From positions 14,270 through 78,269 of the forward strand of contig JAUSKU010000092.1 in the NCBI GenBank assembly GCA_030646755.1: a stretch of 64,000 nucleotides of DNA, read 5' to 3'. Shown here in pieces: positions 53,259-63,361 of the stretch. Under the pieces are notes generated by a model. It saw nothing but the letters and a program-made list of their open reading frames with translations, had not been told where the DNA came from and did not search any database. The first letter of the stretch is position 1. Every line of letters starts with the position of its first letter. The stretch comes from Deltaproteobacteria bacterium. Its GTDB lineage: Bacteria > Desulfobacterota > JAENJC01. Made by a program: the position numbers and the translations under genes.

Positions 53259-55310
53259 TTACTGAACACAAACCAGGTTTCTTCCACTACTCTTTGCTTC
53301 ATACAGTGCCTCATCCACCCTTTTTATGATGGTCGAGGCGTCGTCAGTTTTACAGTATTCTGTAACCCCGAAGCTGCATGTGAGGCTACTGGAGTAAAAA
53401 CTGGTCGATTCTATATCCCTTCTGAGCTTTTCAGCAAAGCTCTTTGCGTCTTCAGCATGAGTCTCCAGAACCAGAATGACAAACTCCTCACCTCCCCATC
53501 TGGCGAACATATCAATTGTCCTGATATGTACTGAGATAATTTGGGTCAGTTTCCTGAGTACATTGTCTCCCACCTCGTGGCCAAAGGAGTCATTTATCTT
53601 TTTGAAATGGTCTACATCGAACATTATGAGCGAGAACGTCCTGCTATGCCTCCTGGCCCTCTGGATTTCAGTTTCGAGGACATTCTCGAATTTCAGCCTG
53701 TTGAATATCTGGGTCAAATGGTCTGTCACGGACAAGCGTTCAAGGGCTGCTTCTGCCTTTTCGCGCTCAAAGATACTCACAAAAAACTCTCCAACTATCC
53801 TGAGAAGCGAGATCTCTTGTTCCGTCCACTTCCTTTCAATCCTGATGGAATTAAACCCCAGAAATCCGATGGCTGTCCCGTGGTATCCCAGAGGAATGAT
53901 GAGTATGGAATTTACGCCGGTGGCCTGCCATACGGCTTTTTCTGCGCTTGCCTCGGAAGGAAGATCTTCCACACTAGGGATATTGAGGCTTTCGAAATTC
54001 TTAAGCTTTCTTATTGCCCACGGGAGCTTGTCAACGGGTAGTTGAGTGTAAACGTCTTTTTGAGGCTCGATCCCTTCAGAGCACCATTCGTAGAGAGTAT
54101 CTATCATAAGGCCGTCGCTTGAGAAAAGGGATACATAACACGTATCAACATGAACAAACTCACCGATCTTTTGCAATGCCTCGCTCATCAGACTCACTGT
54201 ATTTCCATTCGAAGTGTTGACAAACCTGGTTGAGATGGAAGCAACGAGTTTTTCAAATTCAACCTGGTGTCTTAGATCGTCTCTAGCAACCCCAAGAGTG
54301 ACCGTATTTCTTGCGAATGCGATGAATAGATAAAGAAATATGGTAAATATAGACAAAGGGACGGCAATGAAGATAATTTTTTCGGTCTGATATCTGGATA
54401 TGCGCGCCTGCAAGAGATTGTCCAAAGAGGGGTATACCGCATCATATAGTTTAAAGGCTGCGTTTAGCGCATCTGTAGCATCCCTATAATAGACGCCTTC
54501 ATTTACTTTTATTTCCGGCGCATCAATGATCTTGTTATCGATTATTCCAAGAAAACTGTTTACCTTAGTATCAAGTTCATTAACAGCGCCCTCCAATGGA
54601 ACCATAATGTCCGGCTCGCTTAAGATGGCCTTTTTAACCCTAACTTCGGTTTCTGCCATTGAGTATATTATAGACCCAGTCAGGACTGTGAGCCGCCTTT
54701 TATTATCTGGAGTAATCTTGCGACTTATCGCTGCCATCACACCAAGTACCCTTGATTGGCCGAGGCTATCAATCAATATGGGGAGGTGAATAGTTATAGA
54801 ATCCATCAGGTAGTAAGTTGTTATGTGAGGGTCGAGGATCAGATTGGATGTCTCGCCAATATAGGAAATTAACTCTATGGTATTATCAATTATCTTTGTG
54901 TGTGTGTCAAAGCTCTCTTCTATTGAGGAGGTGTGCTCTGAAAATTCTAATTTCTGCCATTCCTTCTTAAAATCTTCCCATTTGTACTCCATTTTTAATG
55001 AAGTACCGTATCTCTTACTTAATGAGTCAACGGCCTCAATCTCTGTTACTATTAAGGAATGTTCATTCTCAATGTCGGTCTTGAAAGAGGCATCGCCTGT
55101 AAGATATGCCACCATCATCCCCCTGTGATGCAGGAGATGCTCCATCAATCTTCTTAAAGACCTGTTGACCTCGGCCCCCATCCGCTCTTTTCGGGTAAAG
55201 TCTATCCGCCTGTTTACTTCTTTGATCTCAAGGAATAGCAGAACTGTCAAGGGGACAACAAACAACAGGAACAGCACGGTCATTATTGATTTGGCATATC
55301 GTTGGGTCAT
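53259..55310 (-). CDS. sensor diguanylate cyclase (transmembrane, periplasmic sensor, GAF-like domain, GGDEF)
   Basis: The ORF is 683 aa. The C-terminus has the GGDEF domain (RWGGEEF, FDVDHFKKINDSFGHEVGD). Confidence 0.85.
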   Translation of the reverse strand: MTQRYAKSIMTVLFLLFVVPLTVLLFLEIKEVNRRIDFTRKERMGAEVNRSLRRLMEHLLHHRGMMVAYLTGDASFKTDIENEHSLIVTEIEAVDSLSKRYGTSLKMEYKWEDFKKEWQKLEFSEHTSSIEESFDTHTKIIDNTIELISYIGETSNLILDPHITTYYLMDSITIHLPILIDSLGQSRVLGVMAAISRKITPDNKRRLTVLTGSIIYSMAETEVRVKKAILSEPDIMVPLEGAVNELDTKVNSFLGIIDNKIIDAPEIKVNEGVYYRDATDALNAAFKLYDAVYPSLDNLLQARISRYQTEKIIFIAVPLSIFTIFLYLFIAFARNTVTLGVARDDLRHQVEFEKLVASISTRFVNTSNGNTVSLMSEALQKIGEFVHVDTCYVSLFSSDGLMIDTLYEWCSEGIEPQKDVYTQLPVDKLPWAIRKLKNFESLNIPSVEDLPSEASAEKAVWQATGVNSILIIPLGYHGTAIGFLGFNSIRIERKWTEQEISLLRIVGEFFVSIFEREKAEAALERLSVTDHLTQIFNRLKFENVLETEIQRARRHSRTFSLIMFDVDHFKKINDSFGHEVGDNVLRKLTQIISVHIRTIDMFARWGGEEFVILVLETHAEDAKSFAEKLRRDIESTSFYSSSLTCSFGVTEYCKTDDASTIIKRVDEALYEAKSSGRNLVCVQ

Positions 55311-55610
55311 TTTTTAATGCTATCATAGAAGCAGCAAACTTGCCAGAATTTGCTCAGAATTTGCTCTGACTTTCAAATCTGCTAAGCTGAACCCAGGGAC
55401 AACCCCCAGTGGGAAAATGGTTCTATTTTTTAAAGCTATAGACATTCAATGCTTGAAGGCTCCCTGGTATCAAGGATAAAAAGGAATTAGCGCATACACC
55501 CGATGTCAAACCTAAAGGTTTTAGTTACAAGGATTTTACCTCCGATGTCTATTTCCCGGCCTTTAAATTCTCTGGACTCTATGCCTTTTTTCATGTAATC
55601 TGTCCAGCCA

Positions 55611-56522
55611 ATGATTGACCTCCACATCCATACTATAGCAAGCTCCGACGGCCAGCACACACCGAGGGAGATATTCGGGATGGCCAAAGAAATCGGGCTT
55701 GAGGCCATTGCCTTTGCTGACCATAATACGGTGGCGAGTCTGGACGAAGGATTCGAGCTTTCCAAGGAGTTCGGGATTGAATTTGTACCGTGTATAGAGA
55801 TAAACACCGTATTCGAGGAACTCGACCTGCACCTCCTGGCTTATTATGTGGATTACAAAAAACCTGAGTTCCTGAAATGGCTGGGTGACATAAACCAGGA
55901 AAAGATAGAGCAGGGATTCAAAAGGTTTGAAAGGCTTAGAGAACTTGGTTTTGTATTTGACATTGAAGATGTGGAAAGGATATCGAAAGGCCAGATACCG
56001 AGCGGAGCCACATTCCTTAAGGCCATCCTGAGCAGGAAGGAAAATGCTGGAGACCTGAGGCTTCAACCTTACATAGACGGGGACAGGTCTGACTCCCCTT
56101 CCCTGAACTTCTATCTCGATTACCTTAGAGGAGGGAAGCCTGCATATATCCCCCTTACGGCATGTGATACGATTAACGGGATCAAGAAGGTAAAGACCTT
56201 CGGGGGTATACCTGTCCTGGCACATCCTTCAGATACGCCGATAGAGGCCATAGACCATTTGATAGAAGAAGGTCTCGCAGGGCTTGAGGTGTACTCCTCC
56301 CGTCATACGCCTGAAGAAAGCATCTTTTTTATGGGACTGGCTGAAAGATACGGCATCCTCTATACCGCCGGTTCTGACTTCCATGGGAAACTCATCAAGC
56401 CGAATGTAGAACTGGCATCTATCAAAGGTAACGGGTATGAGGTGCTTCAAAGACTGAAGGATTATAAGAAAAACATGCAAATAAACTTGCCACAGAGCAC
56501 ACAGAGACCACAGAGACAATAG
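55611..56522 (+). CDS. PHP family metal-dependent phosphoesterase
   Basis: The ORF is 303 aa. It begins MIDLHIHTIASSDG...AFADHN, which carries the PHP His motifs. Confidence 0.8.
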   Translation: MIDLHIHTIASSDGQHTPREIFGMAKEIGLEAIAFADHNTVASLDEGFELSKEFGIEFVPCIEINTVFEELDLHLLAYYVDYKKPEFLKWLGDINQEKIEQGFKRFERLRELGFVFDIEDVERISKGQIPSGATFLKAILSRKENAGDLRLQPYIDGDRSDSPSLNFYLDYLRGGKPAYIPLTACDTINGIKKVKTFGGIPVLAHPSDTPIEAIDHLIEEGLAGLEVYSSRHTPEESIFFMGLAERYGILYTAGSDFHGKLIKPNVELASIKGNGYEVLQRLKDYKKNMQINLPQSTQRPQRQ

Positions 56523-56649
56523 AAATAAAAAGCCTTCTCTGAGAACTCTGTGAACTCTGTGGCTGTCAAGATGGTCACGTTGAAATTCTTTACAATCCAT
56601 AATTTTTTAAGTATACTTTCGCCTCATAATCAAATTACAGGAGGTCTTT

Positions 56650-57495
56650 ATGGCTACTATTATTGATGGAAAGGCTATTTCTGAAAAGATAAGGTCAGAG
56701 GTAAAGGCAGCAACTGAAAAACTTATAAAGGAAAAGGGCGTAACCCCAGGCCTGGCTGTTGTCCTTGTGGGCGATAACCCTGCTTCAAAGGTCTATGTGG
56801 GTAGCAAGGAGAAGGCCTGTTTAGAGATGGGGTTCTACTCTGAGAAACATGTCCTTCCTGTCGATGCAAGCCAGGATGAGCTTCTAAAACTAATTGATAA
56901 ACTGAACAAGGACAAAAAGATCCACGGCATTCTCGTTCAGCTCCCTCTGCCTAAGCAAATAAACGAGGATTTAGTCCTTGAGGCCATATCTCCTGAAAAG
57001 GATGTAGACGGGTTCCATCCATACAATGTCGGAAGGCTTGCTGTAGGGAAACCTCTCTTTCAGCCATGCACACCCTATGGCATGATGAAGATGCTTGAAT
57101 ATTCCAATATCAGCGTTGAAGGTAAGCATGCAGTGATAATCGGACGCAGCAACATCGTCGGCAAGCCTATCGCCCTTATGCTTTTACAGAAAAGCGCCAC
57201 AGTAACCATATGTCATTCAAAGACAAAAGACCTGAAAGAGGAAGTAAAGAGGGCGGATATCGTTGTGGCAGCCATTGGTAAACCTGGATTTGTAACAGGG
57301 GACATGCTGAAAGAAGGTGCTGTAGTCCTCGACGTTGGAATCAACAGGCTTGAAAGCGGAAAGCTTGTAGGCGACGTGGATTTTGCATCCGCCGAAAAAG
57401 TTGCCTCGGCCATCACCCCGGTCCCAGGCGGCGTGGGCCCCATGACCATAGCCATGCTTATGTATAATACGCTGGAATCTGCAAAGAGGGTTTAA
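56650..57495 (+). CDS. folD: bifunctional methylenetetrahydrofolate dehydrogenase/cyclohydrolase
   Basis: The ORF is 281 aa. The motifs [26 protein letters not shown] and [10 protein letters not shown] are present. Confidence 0.9.
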   Translation: MATIIDGKAISEKIRSEVKAATEKLIKEKGVTPGLAVVLVGDNPASKVYVGSKEKACLEMGFYSEKHVLPVDASQDELLKLIDKLNKDKKIHGILVQLPLPKQINEDLVLEAISPEKDVDGFHPYNVGRLAVGKPLFQPCTPYGMMKMLEYSNISVEGKHAVIIGRSNIVGKPIALMLLQKSATVTICHSKTKDLKEEVKRADIVVAAIGKPGFVTGDMLKEGAVVLDVGINRLESGKLVGDVDFASAEKVASAITPVPGGVGPMTIAMLMYNTLESAKRV

Positions 57496-57501
57496 CAAAA
57501 A

Positions 57502-57524
57502 GGAGCGAATATTCGCCCCTTTTG
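57502..57524 (+). terminator. rho-independent terminator after folD
   Basis: GGAGCGAATATTCGCCCCTTTT forms a stem-loop followed by a T run. Confidence 0.55.
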
Positions 57525-57589
57525 CATCTGAGATAAGCTGAAAAAAGTGGACACCAAAGTATCGTATAATACGAAACGGAGGTGTCGGT

Positions 57590-57892
57590 ATGAAAAGGAT
57601 TCCAAACGGTAGGTACACAAAGGAGTTTCGGGTAGAAGCAGTAAAATTAGTGACAGAAGGAGGGCTGTCAGTCCCTGAGGCTGGACGCAGGTTGTCATTG
57701 CCGCCTTCTACGCTAAACACGTGGGTAAGAGCTTATAAATCTGGAAAACTCGGAGAAGTCGGCAAGAACCAGAAGCCACTTTCTGAAGTAGAAATGGAAC
57801 TGTCGAAAGTCAGGCGAGAACTGGCAGAAGTAAAGATGGAGCGGGACATCTTAAAAAAAGCCGCCGCGTACTTTGCGAAAGAGTCGCTGTGA
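57590..57892 (+). CDS. IS3 family transposase OrfA (HTH)
   Basis: The ORF is 100 aa. It begins MKRIPNGRYTKEFRVEAVKLVTEGGLSVPEAGRRLS, and a leucine zipper follows. Confidence 0.85.
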   Translation: MKRIPNGRYTKEFRVEAVKLVTEGGLSVPEAGRRLSLPPSTLNTWVRAYKSGKLGEVGKNQKPLSEVEMELSKVRRELAEVKMERDILKKAAAYFAKESL

Positions 57893-58764
57893 GGTACGCG
57901 ATGATCCATGAGATGCGACTCCAGTATCAGGTTCCAGCCATGTGCCGGATATTTGAGGTATCTGCAAGCGGCTATTACTCGTGGCGCAGCCGCCCTATAA
58001 GCAAGCGTGCCCAAGAAGACCAGAGACTTGAAATAGAGATACAGGCATCCCATAAGCGCACCCGTAAAACCTGTGGTCCAAAACGAATACAGGAGGATTT
58101 AACGGAGCATGGGATAAATATAGGGACTCATCGCATCAGGCGCATCCGCAAGAAGCTTGGGATAAGGTGCATACAAAAGAAGAAGCTCAAGGCAACAACC
58201 GATTCAAATCACAACCTTCCTGTAGCGGAGAACCTGTTGGAACAGAACTTTGATGCAACGGCTCCCAACCAGGTATGGGTTACGGACATAACGTACATTC
58301 CGACAGATGAAGGGTGGCTCTACCTTGCCGGACACAAGGATATATTTACCAAAGAGGTAGTAGGTTATGCAATGGATGGACGGATGACAAAGGGCCTTGT
58401 CAGCAGGTCGTTATCCAGGGCAGTACGAGCAAAACAGCCGGATGCAGGTCTTATCCATCATTCAGATCGTGGAAGCCAATACTGCTCCTATGAATACAGA
58501 GACTTGCTAAAGCAATTCGGCATGAAGGCATCAATGAGCAGAAGAGGTAACTGCTATGACAACGCTCCTATGGAAAGTTTCTGGGGTACCTTAAAGAGTG
58601 AGGTTGTGCATCATCGTCGTTACAGAACACGGCAAGAAGCTATGCAGGAGATTACAGAATACATTGAGATATTTTACAATCGTCAGAGAAGGCAGGCAAA
58701 ACTAGGGTTTCTCTCTCCAGCAGTCTATGAACAAAAGTTTTATGAAAGGAAACTTGCAGCATGA
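57889..58764 (+). CDS. IS3 family transposase OrfB (DDE integrase core)
   Basis: The ORF is 291 aa. The DDE motifs WVTDITY...HSDRGSQY...NAPMESFW are present. The frame stays open upstream through the slippery site, so an OrfAB fusion by -1 frameshifting is predicted. Confidence 0.85.
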   Translation: MRYAMIHEMRLQYQVPAMCRIFEVSASGYYSWRSRPISKRAQEDQRLEIEIQASHKRTRKTCGPKRIQEDLTEHGINIGTHRIRRIRKKLGIRCIQKKKLKATTDSNHNLPVAENLLEQNFDATAPNQVWVTDITYIPTDEGWLYLAGHKDIFTKEVVGYAMDGRMTKGLVSRSLSRAVRAKQPDAGLIHHSDRGSQYCSYEYRDLLKQFGMKASMSRRGNCYDNAPMESFWGTLKSEVVHHRRYRTRQEAMQEITEYIEIFYNRQRRQAKLGFLSPAVYEQKFYERKLAA

Positions 58765-58782
58765 GGTATTTCGTGTCCACTA

Positions 58783-59040
58783 TTGACAGCACACCTCAAT
58801 GCCACTGTCGTCAAGTTTATGGACAGGATAAAGGATACCCGCATAAACGTCCTTAGAATAACCGAAGATATTGAAACCGCTGCAAAGACAATGTTCAGAA
58901 AGTTTGATGATAGAAAACTTAGCTTTACCGACTGCACAAGCTTTGCCGTGATAAACCATCTCGACCTCCGCGCTGTCTTTGTCTTCGACGACCATTTCAG
59001 ATACCACCCCTATTCGCATCCTGTAGAGTTCTTGGGATAA
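58783..59040 (+). pseudogene. vapC: vapC (PIN) C-terminal fragment abutting the IS3 right end
   Basis: The ORF is 85 aa, and ...LSFTDCTSFAVINHLDLRAVFVFDDHF matches a VapC C-terminus. It begins 4 bp after the IS3 right end, and the N-terminal catalytic Asp region is missing. Confidence 0.5.
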
Positions 59041-59085
59041 TCCCCCCCTCATTGAATCCTGTAAAGGTTTTTAAATGTGTCAGTT

Positions 59086-59143
59086 GTGAGTGAGTGAGTG
59101 AGTGAGTGAGTGAGTGAGTGAGTGAGTGAGTGAGTGAGTGAGT
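59086..59143. repeat. (GTGA) tetranucleotide microsatellite, about 14 units
   Basis: The tract is a perfect tandem repeat. It lies between the vapC fragment and the helicase-nuclease gene, 527 bp upstream of the start at 59670. Confidence 0.95.
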
Positions 59144-59669
59144 GCAATTCAGGTGCCACAGAATCTCCCAGGTGAGTTGCGTGATAAATAACAATCTCTA
59201 TTATTATTGAGATTGTATTACTGGAGCACAGAATCAAACTTTTTTCAATAGTTTATTTATTTTTCGTTTTTGCCTTAAATACCAAGACGTTACAAGATCA
59301 GCAAAAATCACAAAAAGCAAGATCGTCCATGTGGAATAAGAAAAACCTGGATTCGCAGGTTATTGAGCAGGTCAACAAACTCTTTGCTACCAGGCATCTG
59401 AACACCATCACTCTGCGCATAACTATAGCTGTGACTTGGCTACAAGTGAAGTCATGGGCACCCTGCGGATGAATATCTTCTCGCATTGACAAATAAATAC
59501 ATTAACCCTATCATAAAAGTTAACAAGGAGCACCGCGAAACCCTCAGGAAGCTTCCAAAGTAAATGATATGAGCGATATCCTCTTTTTGACCCTGGCCAA
59601 GGTTATAGAAATTCCTTCAGACCAGATAGATTTGCTGATATTCTGAAAACTCTTAAAGCATAAGGACAG

Positions 59670-62600
59670 ATGATTAACGGTACTGATTCAATCCCTGATC
59701 TGAAAGAAAGGGAAGAGGCGCTTGACCCTTCCAGGTCTTTCATAGTCCAGGCCCCTGCCGGTTCAGGCAAGACAGAGCTTCTGATGCAGAGGTTCCTGAG
59801 GCTCCTGGCAATAGTTGAAAGGCCTGAGCAGATACTGGCCATAACGTTCACAAGAAAGGCGGCTGGCGAGATGCAGAGCCGCATCATACAGGCCCTTCAG
59901 AGCGGCAAGGAAGTTCTCCCCCCATCCGAAAGGCCTAATGTAAAGAAGACCCATGAACTGGCAAAGACAGCTCTGAAAAGGGATTCGGAGATGGGGTGGA
60001 ACCTCCTGGAAAACCCTGGAAGGCTGAGGGTCCAGACAATAGACTCCCTCTGTTCGTCCCTCACAAGACAGATGCCGCTGCTCTCCCATTTAGGCAGGCA
60101 GCCGTCCATAACAGAGACACCTGATGAGCTTTACAGGGAGGCCTCAAGGCAGACCATCCTTATGGTCGAGAAAGACGGCAGGACCGGGGATTCGGTACGC
60201 AAGGCGCTGAGGCATCTGGATAACTCCGTCCAGGGGCTGGAAGACCGGCTTGTTATAATGCTTCAGAAGAGGGACCAGTGGCTGAGGCATGTGAACAGGG
60301 AAGTGAACGAGGATGATCTGAGAGAACTGCTGGAGGGCTCTGTCAGGAGGCTCGTGGAGGACTCCCTGGAAAAGGCAAAGGAAGAGCTCCCTGGCCACCT
60401 TATCGATGACCTGACAGTATCTGCAAGATACGCCGCCTCAAATCTCTTAAAAGAAGGTAACAGTTCTCGCATAAGCTGTCTGACTGCTCTGCATAACCTG
60501 CCGGATACGGTGGCAGACAACCTCCCAATATGGCAGGGGATAACAGAACTCCTTCTGACAAAGGAAGGTGAGTGGAGGAAGCCAGGCGGCATAAACAAGA
60601 AGTTAGGTTTCCCTGCCGATAAGACCGACGATGCAAAGAAAAACAAGGAAATGTTTCAGGGGCTTCTCACTACCCTGTCGGACAACGAACGGCTCCGCGA
60701 GGCCCTGGCTGTCATTCCCACTCTTCCCGGTGCTGGATACGATGAAGAGGAATGGCAGATACTCGATGCCCTCCTGCACCTCCTCCCTGTGGCGGAGAGG
60801 CGCCTCAAAAAGGTATTTGGCGAGGAAGGGGTTGTAGACTTTGCGGCCATTGCCATCTCTGCGTTAAATGCCCTGGGCACTGACGACAATCCTACAGACC
60901 TCATGCTCTCGCTGGATTACAGGATCCAGCACATACTTGCTGATGAATACCAGGACACATCACGGACCCAGCTCGAACTTGTAAAGGCCCTTACAAGAGG
61001 ATGGGAGCCTCACGACGGCAGGACCCTCTTTATAGTTGGAGACCCGATGCAGTCTATCTATCTCTTCAGGGAGGCGGTAGTCGGCCTTTTTCTTGAAGCC
61101 AGAAATATCGGGGTTGGGCACGTAGAGCTGCATCCGTTGACCTTGACAAGCAACTTCAGGTCACAGCAAAAAATAGTCGAATGGGTAAATGAGACATTTC
61201 AGGATGCATTCCCGGAAATAGAAGACAGCCTGACAGGCGCGATAAGTTATGCCCCTTTCGAGGCGACCCATCCGCCTCTGGACGGAACAACCGTTGATCT
61301 CCGCCTGTTCAGGGAAAGGGACGATATCAGGGAGGCCGAGGAGATTTCCGGGATAATAAAAGAGATAGACAGGTCAGGGGAAAGCGTTGCCATACTGGTG
61401 CGCTCGCGGCCCCATCTCGGCGAGATAGTAAAGAGGCTGAAGAAGGAAGGGATAGAGTTCAAGTCTGAGGAGATTGACCCGTTGATAGACAGGCCGGTTG
61501 TCCAGGACCTCTTTTCACTCTTGAGGTCTCTGATGCACCCCTGCGACAGGGCTGCATGGCTTGCCATATTGCGTGCTCCCTGGTGCGGCCTGACACTCTC
61601 CGACATCCACAAACTCTGCCTTGGGGACAGAGAGACACCTGTCTGGGCGCTGATGAACGATCAAGATCGCATAACCTCCATTTCTGAAGACGGGCAGAGA
61701 CGCCTTTCAATGATAAGCCGGAGACTGAGTAATGCCCTGAGATTATGGGGCAGGGTCTCCCCGAGGGTCTTGCTGGAAGGGTTGTGGGTAGAGCTTGGAG
61801 GCCCTGCGTGCATAGATGATTCTTCCATGAAGGATGCGGATGCCTTCTTCGAGATGCTGGATTCTGTGAGCACAGGCGGAGAGGTCGGCTCCATGGGCAG
61901 CCTTGAGTTCAGGATAAAGACCCTTTATGCCAGTCCATCAGGAAGGGGCGAAAAAGCAGTTGAGATAATGACCATCCACAAGGCAAAGGGGCTTGAGTTC
62001 GACCATGTGATCCTCCCAGGGCTCGCTAAGCCCACCAGGGGCAGGGACAAAAAGCTGCTCCTCTGGCTGGAAAGAGGTGAAGACCTGCTCCTTGCGCCGA
62101 TCGACAGCAAAGGAGGGGACACGGAAAGCGCCATCTACCGGTACATGGACGGAGTCGATGCGTTGAAGGAGGATCTTGAAAGAACGAGACTTTTCTATGT
62201 TGCAGCCACAAGGGCAAGGAAGAGGCTCTATCTATTCGGGGACGTCAAGGTAAAGGATACAGGGGAGATCAGTGTCCAGTCAAGGTCGCTCCTCTCATGC
62301 ATACAGCACATTATCATTCAAGTCCCCTCACCCTCACCCTCGCCCCCTCCGGTCAAGGTAGGGGAAAATACTTATCTCCGTCTCAGGAGGCTTCCGTCGT
62401 CGTGGGAGCTTCCTGAACCGGCCAGGCCTGTAGAGGTCGACAGCAAAGGGGCTGAAACTGCCTCCATATCTGTTGAACCAGAATTTAATTGGGCTGGAGA
62501 GGCGGTTAAGCATCTTGGGACAGTTGTGCATAAGTATCTGTGCAGAATGGCTGGCGAAGGCCTTTCGGAATGGAATGATGTGAGGGTGAGCATGGAAAAA

Positions 62601-63020
62601 GAGCGCATGACGGCCATGCTTTGTCAGCTTGGACTGAATAAGGGTGAGGCAGAAGAGACGGCTAAAAAAGGGATCGATATACTCATCAGAACCATCAAGG
62701 ATGAGGTCGGACGCTGGAGCCTTGAGAACCATCCAGAAGGCCATTCCGAGCTGCCGATAACCGGCGTGATTGAAGGAAAGGTCATCCATGCAGTCATAGA
62801 CCGGACATTTGTTGATAATGATATACGCTGGATAATAGACTACAAGACCTCTCTCCATGAAGGCGGGAAGATTGAGGCATTTCTTGAAGAGGAGAAGGAG
62901 AGGTACAGGAAACAGCTCAAAACATATGCGGAACTGCTTAAGGCCAGTGGTGAAAAGAGGGAGATCAGGAAGGGGCTTTACTACCCTGCCCTGTCGGCAT
63001 GGGTTGAGCTTACGGACTGA
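59670..63020 (+). CDS. UvrD-family helicase fused to a PD-(D/E)xK nuclease (AddA-like)
   Basis: The ORF is 1116 aa. It has a Walker A motif (QAPAGSGKTE), helicase motifs (ILADEYQDTS, TIHKAKGLEFDHV) and a C-terminal nuclease motif (IIDYKTS). Confidence 0.8.
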   Translation: MINGTDSIPDLKEREEALDPSRSFIVQAPAGSGKTELLMQRFLRLLAIVERPEQILAITFTRKAAGEMQSRIIQALQSGKEVLPPSERPNVKKTHELAKTALKRDSEMGWNLLENPGRLRVQTIDSLCSSLTRQMPLLSHLGRQPSITETPDELYREASRQTILMVEKDGRTGDSVRKALRHLDNSVQGLEDRLVIMLQKRDQWLRHVNREVNEDDLRELLEGSVRRLVEDSLEKAKEELPGHLIDDLTVSARYAASNLLKEGNSSRISCLTALHNLPDTVADNLPIWQGITELLLTKEGEWRKPGGINKKLGFPADKTDDAKKNKEMFQGLLTTLSDNERLREALAVIPTLPGAGYDEEEWQILDALLHLLPVAERRLKKVFGEEGVVDFAAIAISALNALGTDDNPTDLMLSLDYRIQHILADEYQDTSRTQLELVKALTRGWEPHDGRTLFIVGDPMQSIYLFREAVVGLFLEARNIGVGHVELHPLTLTSNFRSQQKIVEWVNETFQDAFPEIEDSLTGAISYAPFEATHPPLDGTTVDLRLFRERDDIREAEEISGIIKEIDRSGESVAILVRSRPHLGEIVKRLKKEGIEFKSEEIDPLIDRPVVQDLFSLLRSLMHPCDRAAWLAILRAPWCGLTLSDIHKLCLGDRETPVWALMNDQDRITSISEDGQRRLSMISRRLSNALRLWGRVSPRVLLEGLWVELGGPACIDDSSMKDADAFFEMLDSVSTGGEVGSMGSLEFRIKTLYASPSGRGEKAVEIMTIHKAKGLEFDHVILPGLAKPTRGRDKKLLLWLERGEDLLLAPIDSKGGDTESAIYRYMDGVDALKEDLERTRLFYVAATRARKRLYLFGDVKVKDTGEISVQSRSLLSCIQHIIIQVPSPSPSPPPVKVGENTYLRLRRLPSSWELPEPARPVEVDSKGAETASISVEPEFNWAGEAVKHLGTVVHKYLCRMAGEGLSEWNDVRVSMEKERMTAMLCQLGLNKGEAEETAKKGIDILIRTIKDEVGRWSLENHPEGHSELPITGVIEGKVIHAVIDRTFVDNDIRWIIDYKTSLHEGGKIEAFLEEEKERYRKQLKTYAELLKASGEKREIRKGLYYPALSAWVELTD

Positions 63021-63025
63021 TTGTT

Positions 63026-63361
63026 CTAAGCCGCCACCTTTTCTTCCAATGCCTTCTGTACCAATTGATTCAGGGATATCCCAAGTCTTATTGCCTTTTC
63101 TACCGCCTTTCTGTGCAAGTCAAGGGGAACCCTTACGTTGAAGCTGCCTTTGTATGACTTCTCAGGCTCTTTGCCGACCTCCTTGCAAAGTTCCAGGTAA
63201 TCTTCCACAGCCTCATGAAACGCCGTTGTCAATTCTGCTACGCTCTGCCCTTCAAACAGAATGAGGTCTCTGATACCTTCAATCTTTCCGTGAAAAACCT
63301 CATCCGCTGCACTGAAATGCACAGACCCGGTAAAGTCTTTGTAGATCAATACATCCTTCAT
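63026..63361 (-). CDS. hicB: HicB family antitoxin
   Basis: The ORF is 111 aa. A HicB/UPF0150 N-terminal fold is followed by a C-terminal RHH (KAVEKAIRLGISLNQLVQKALEE). It overlaps hicA by 4 bp. Confidence 0.7.
   Translation of the reverse strand: MKDVLIYKDFTGSVHFSAADEVFHGKIEGIRDLILFEGQSVAELTTAFHEAVEDYLELCKEVGKEPEKSYKGSFNVRVPLDLHRKAVEKAIRLGISLNQLVQKALEEKVAA

Larger units (their letters stand above)
57548..58779 (+). mobile_element. IS3-family insertion sequence (about 1.23 kb)
   Basis: Imperfect terminal inverted repeats TGGACACCAAAGTATCG (left) and CGAAATACCTCATGC...TGTCCA (right) start with TG and end with CA. orfA and orfB lie in a -1 frame relationship, with an A7G slippery site at 57853-57860. 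Confidence 0.8.
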
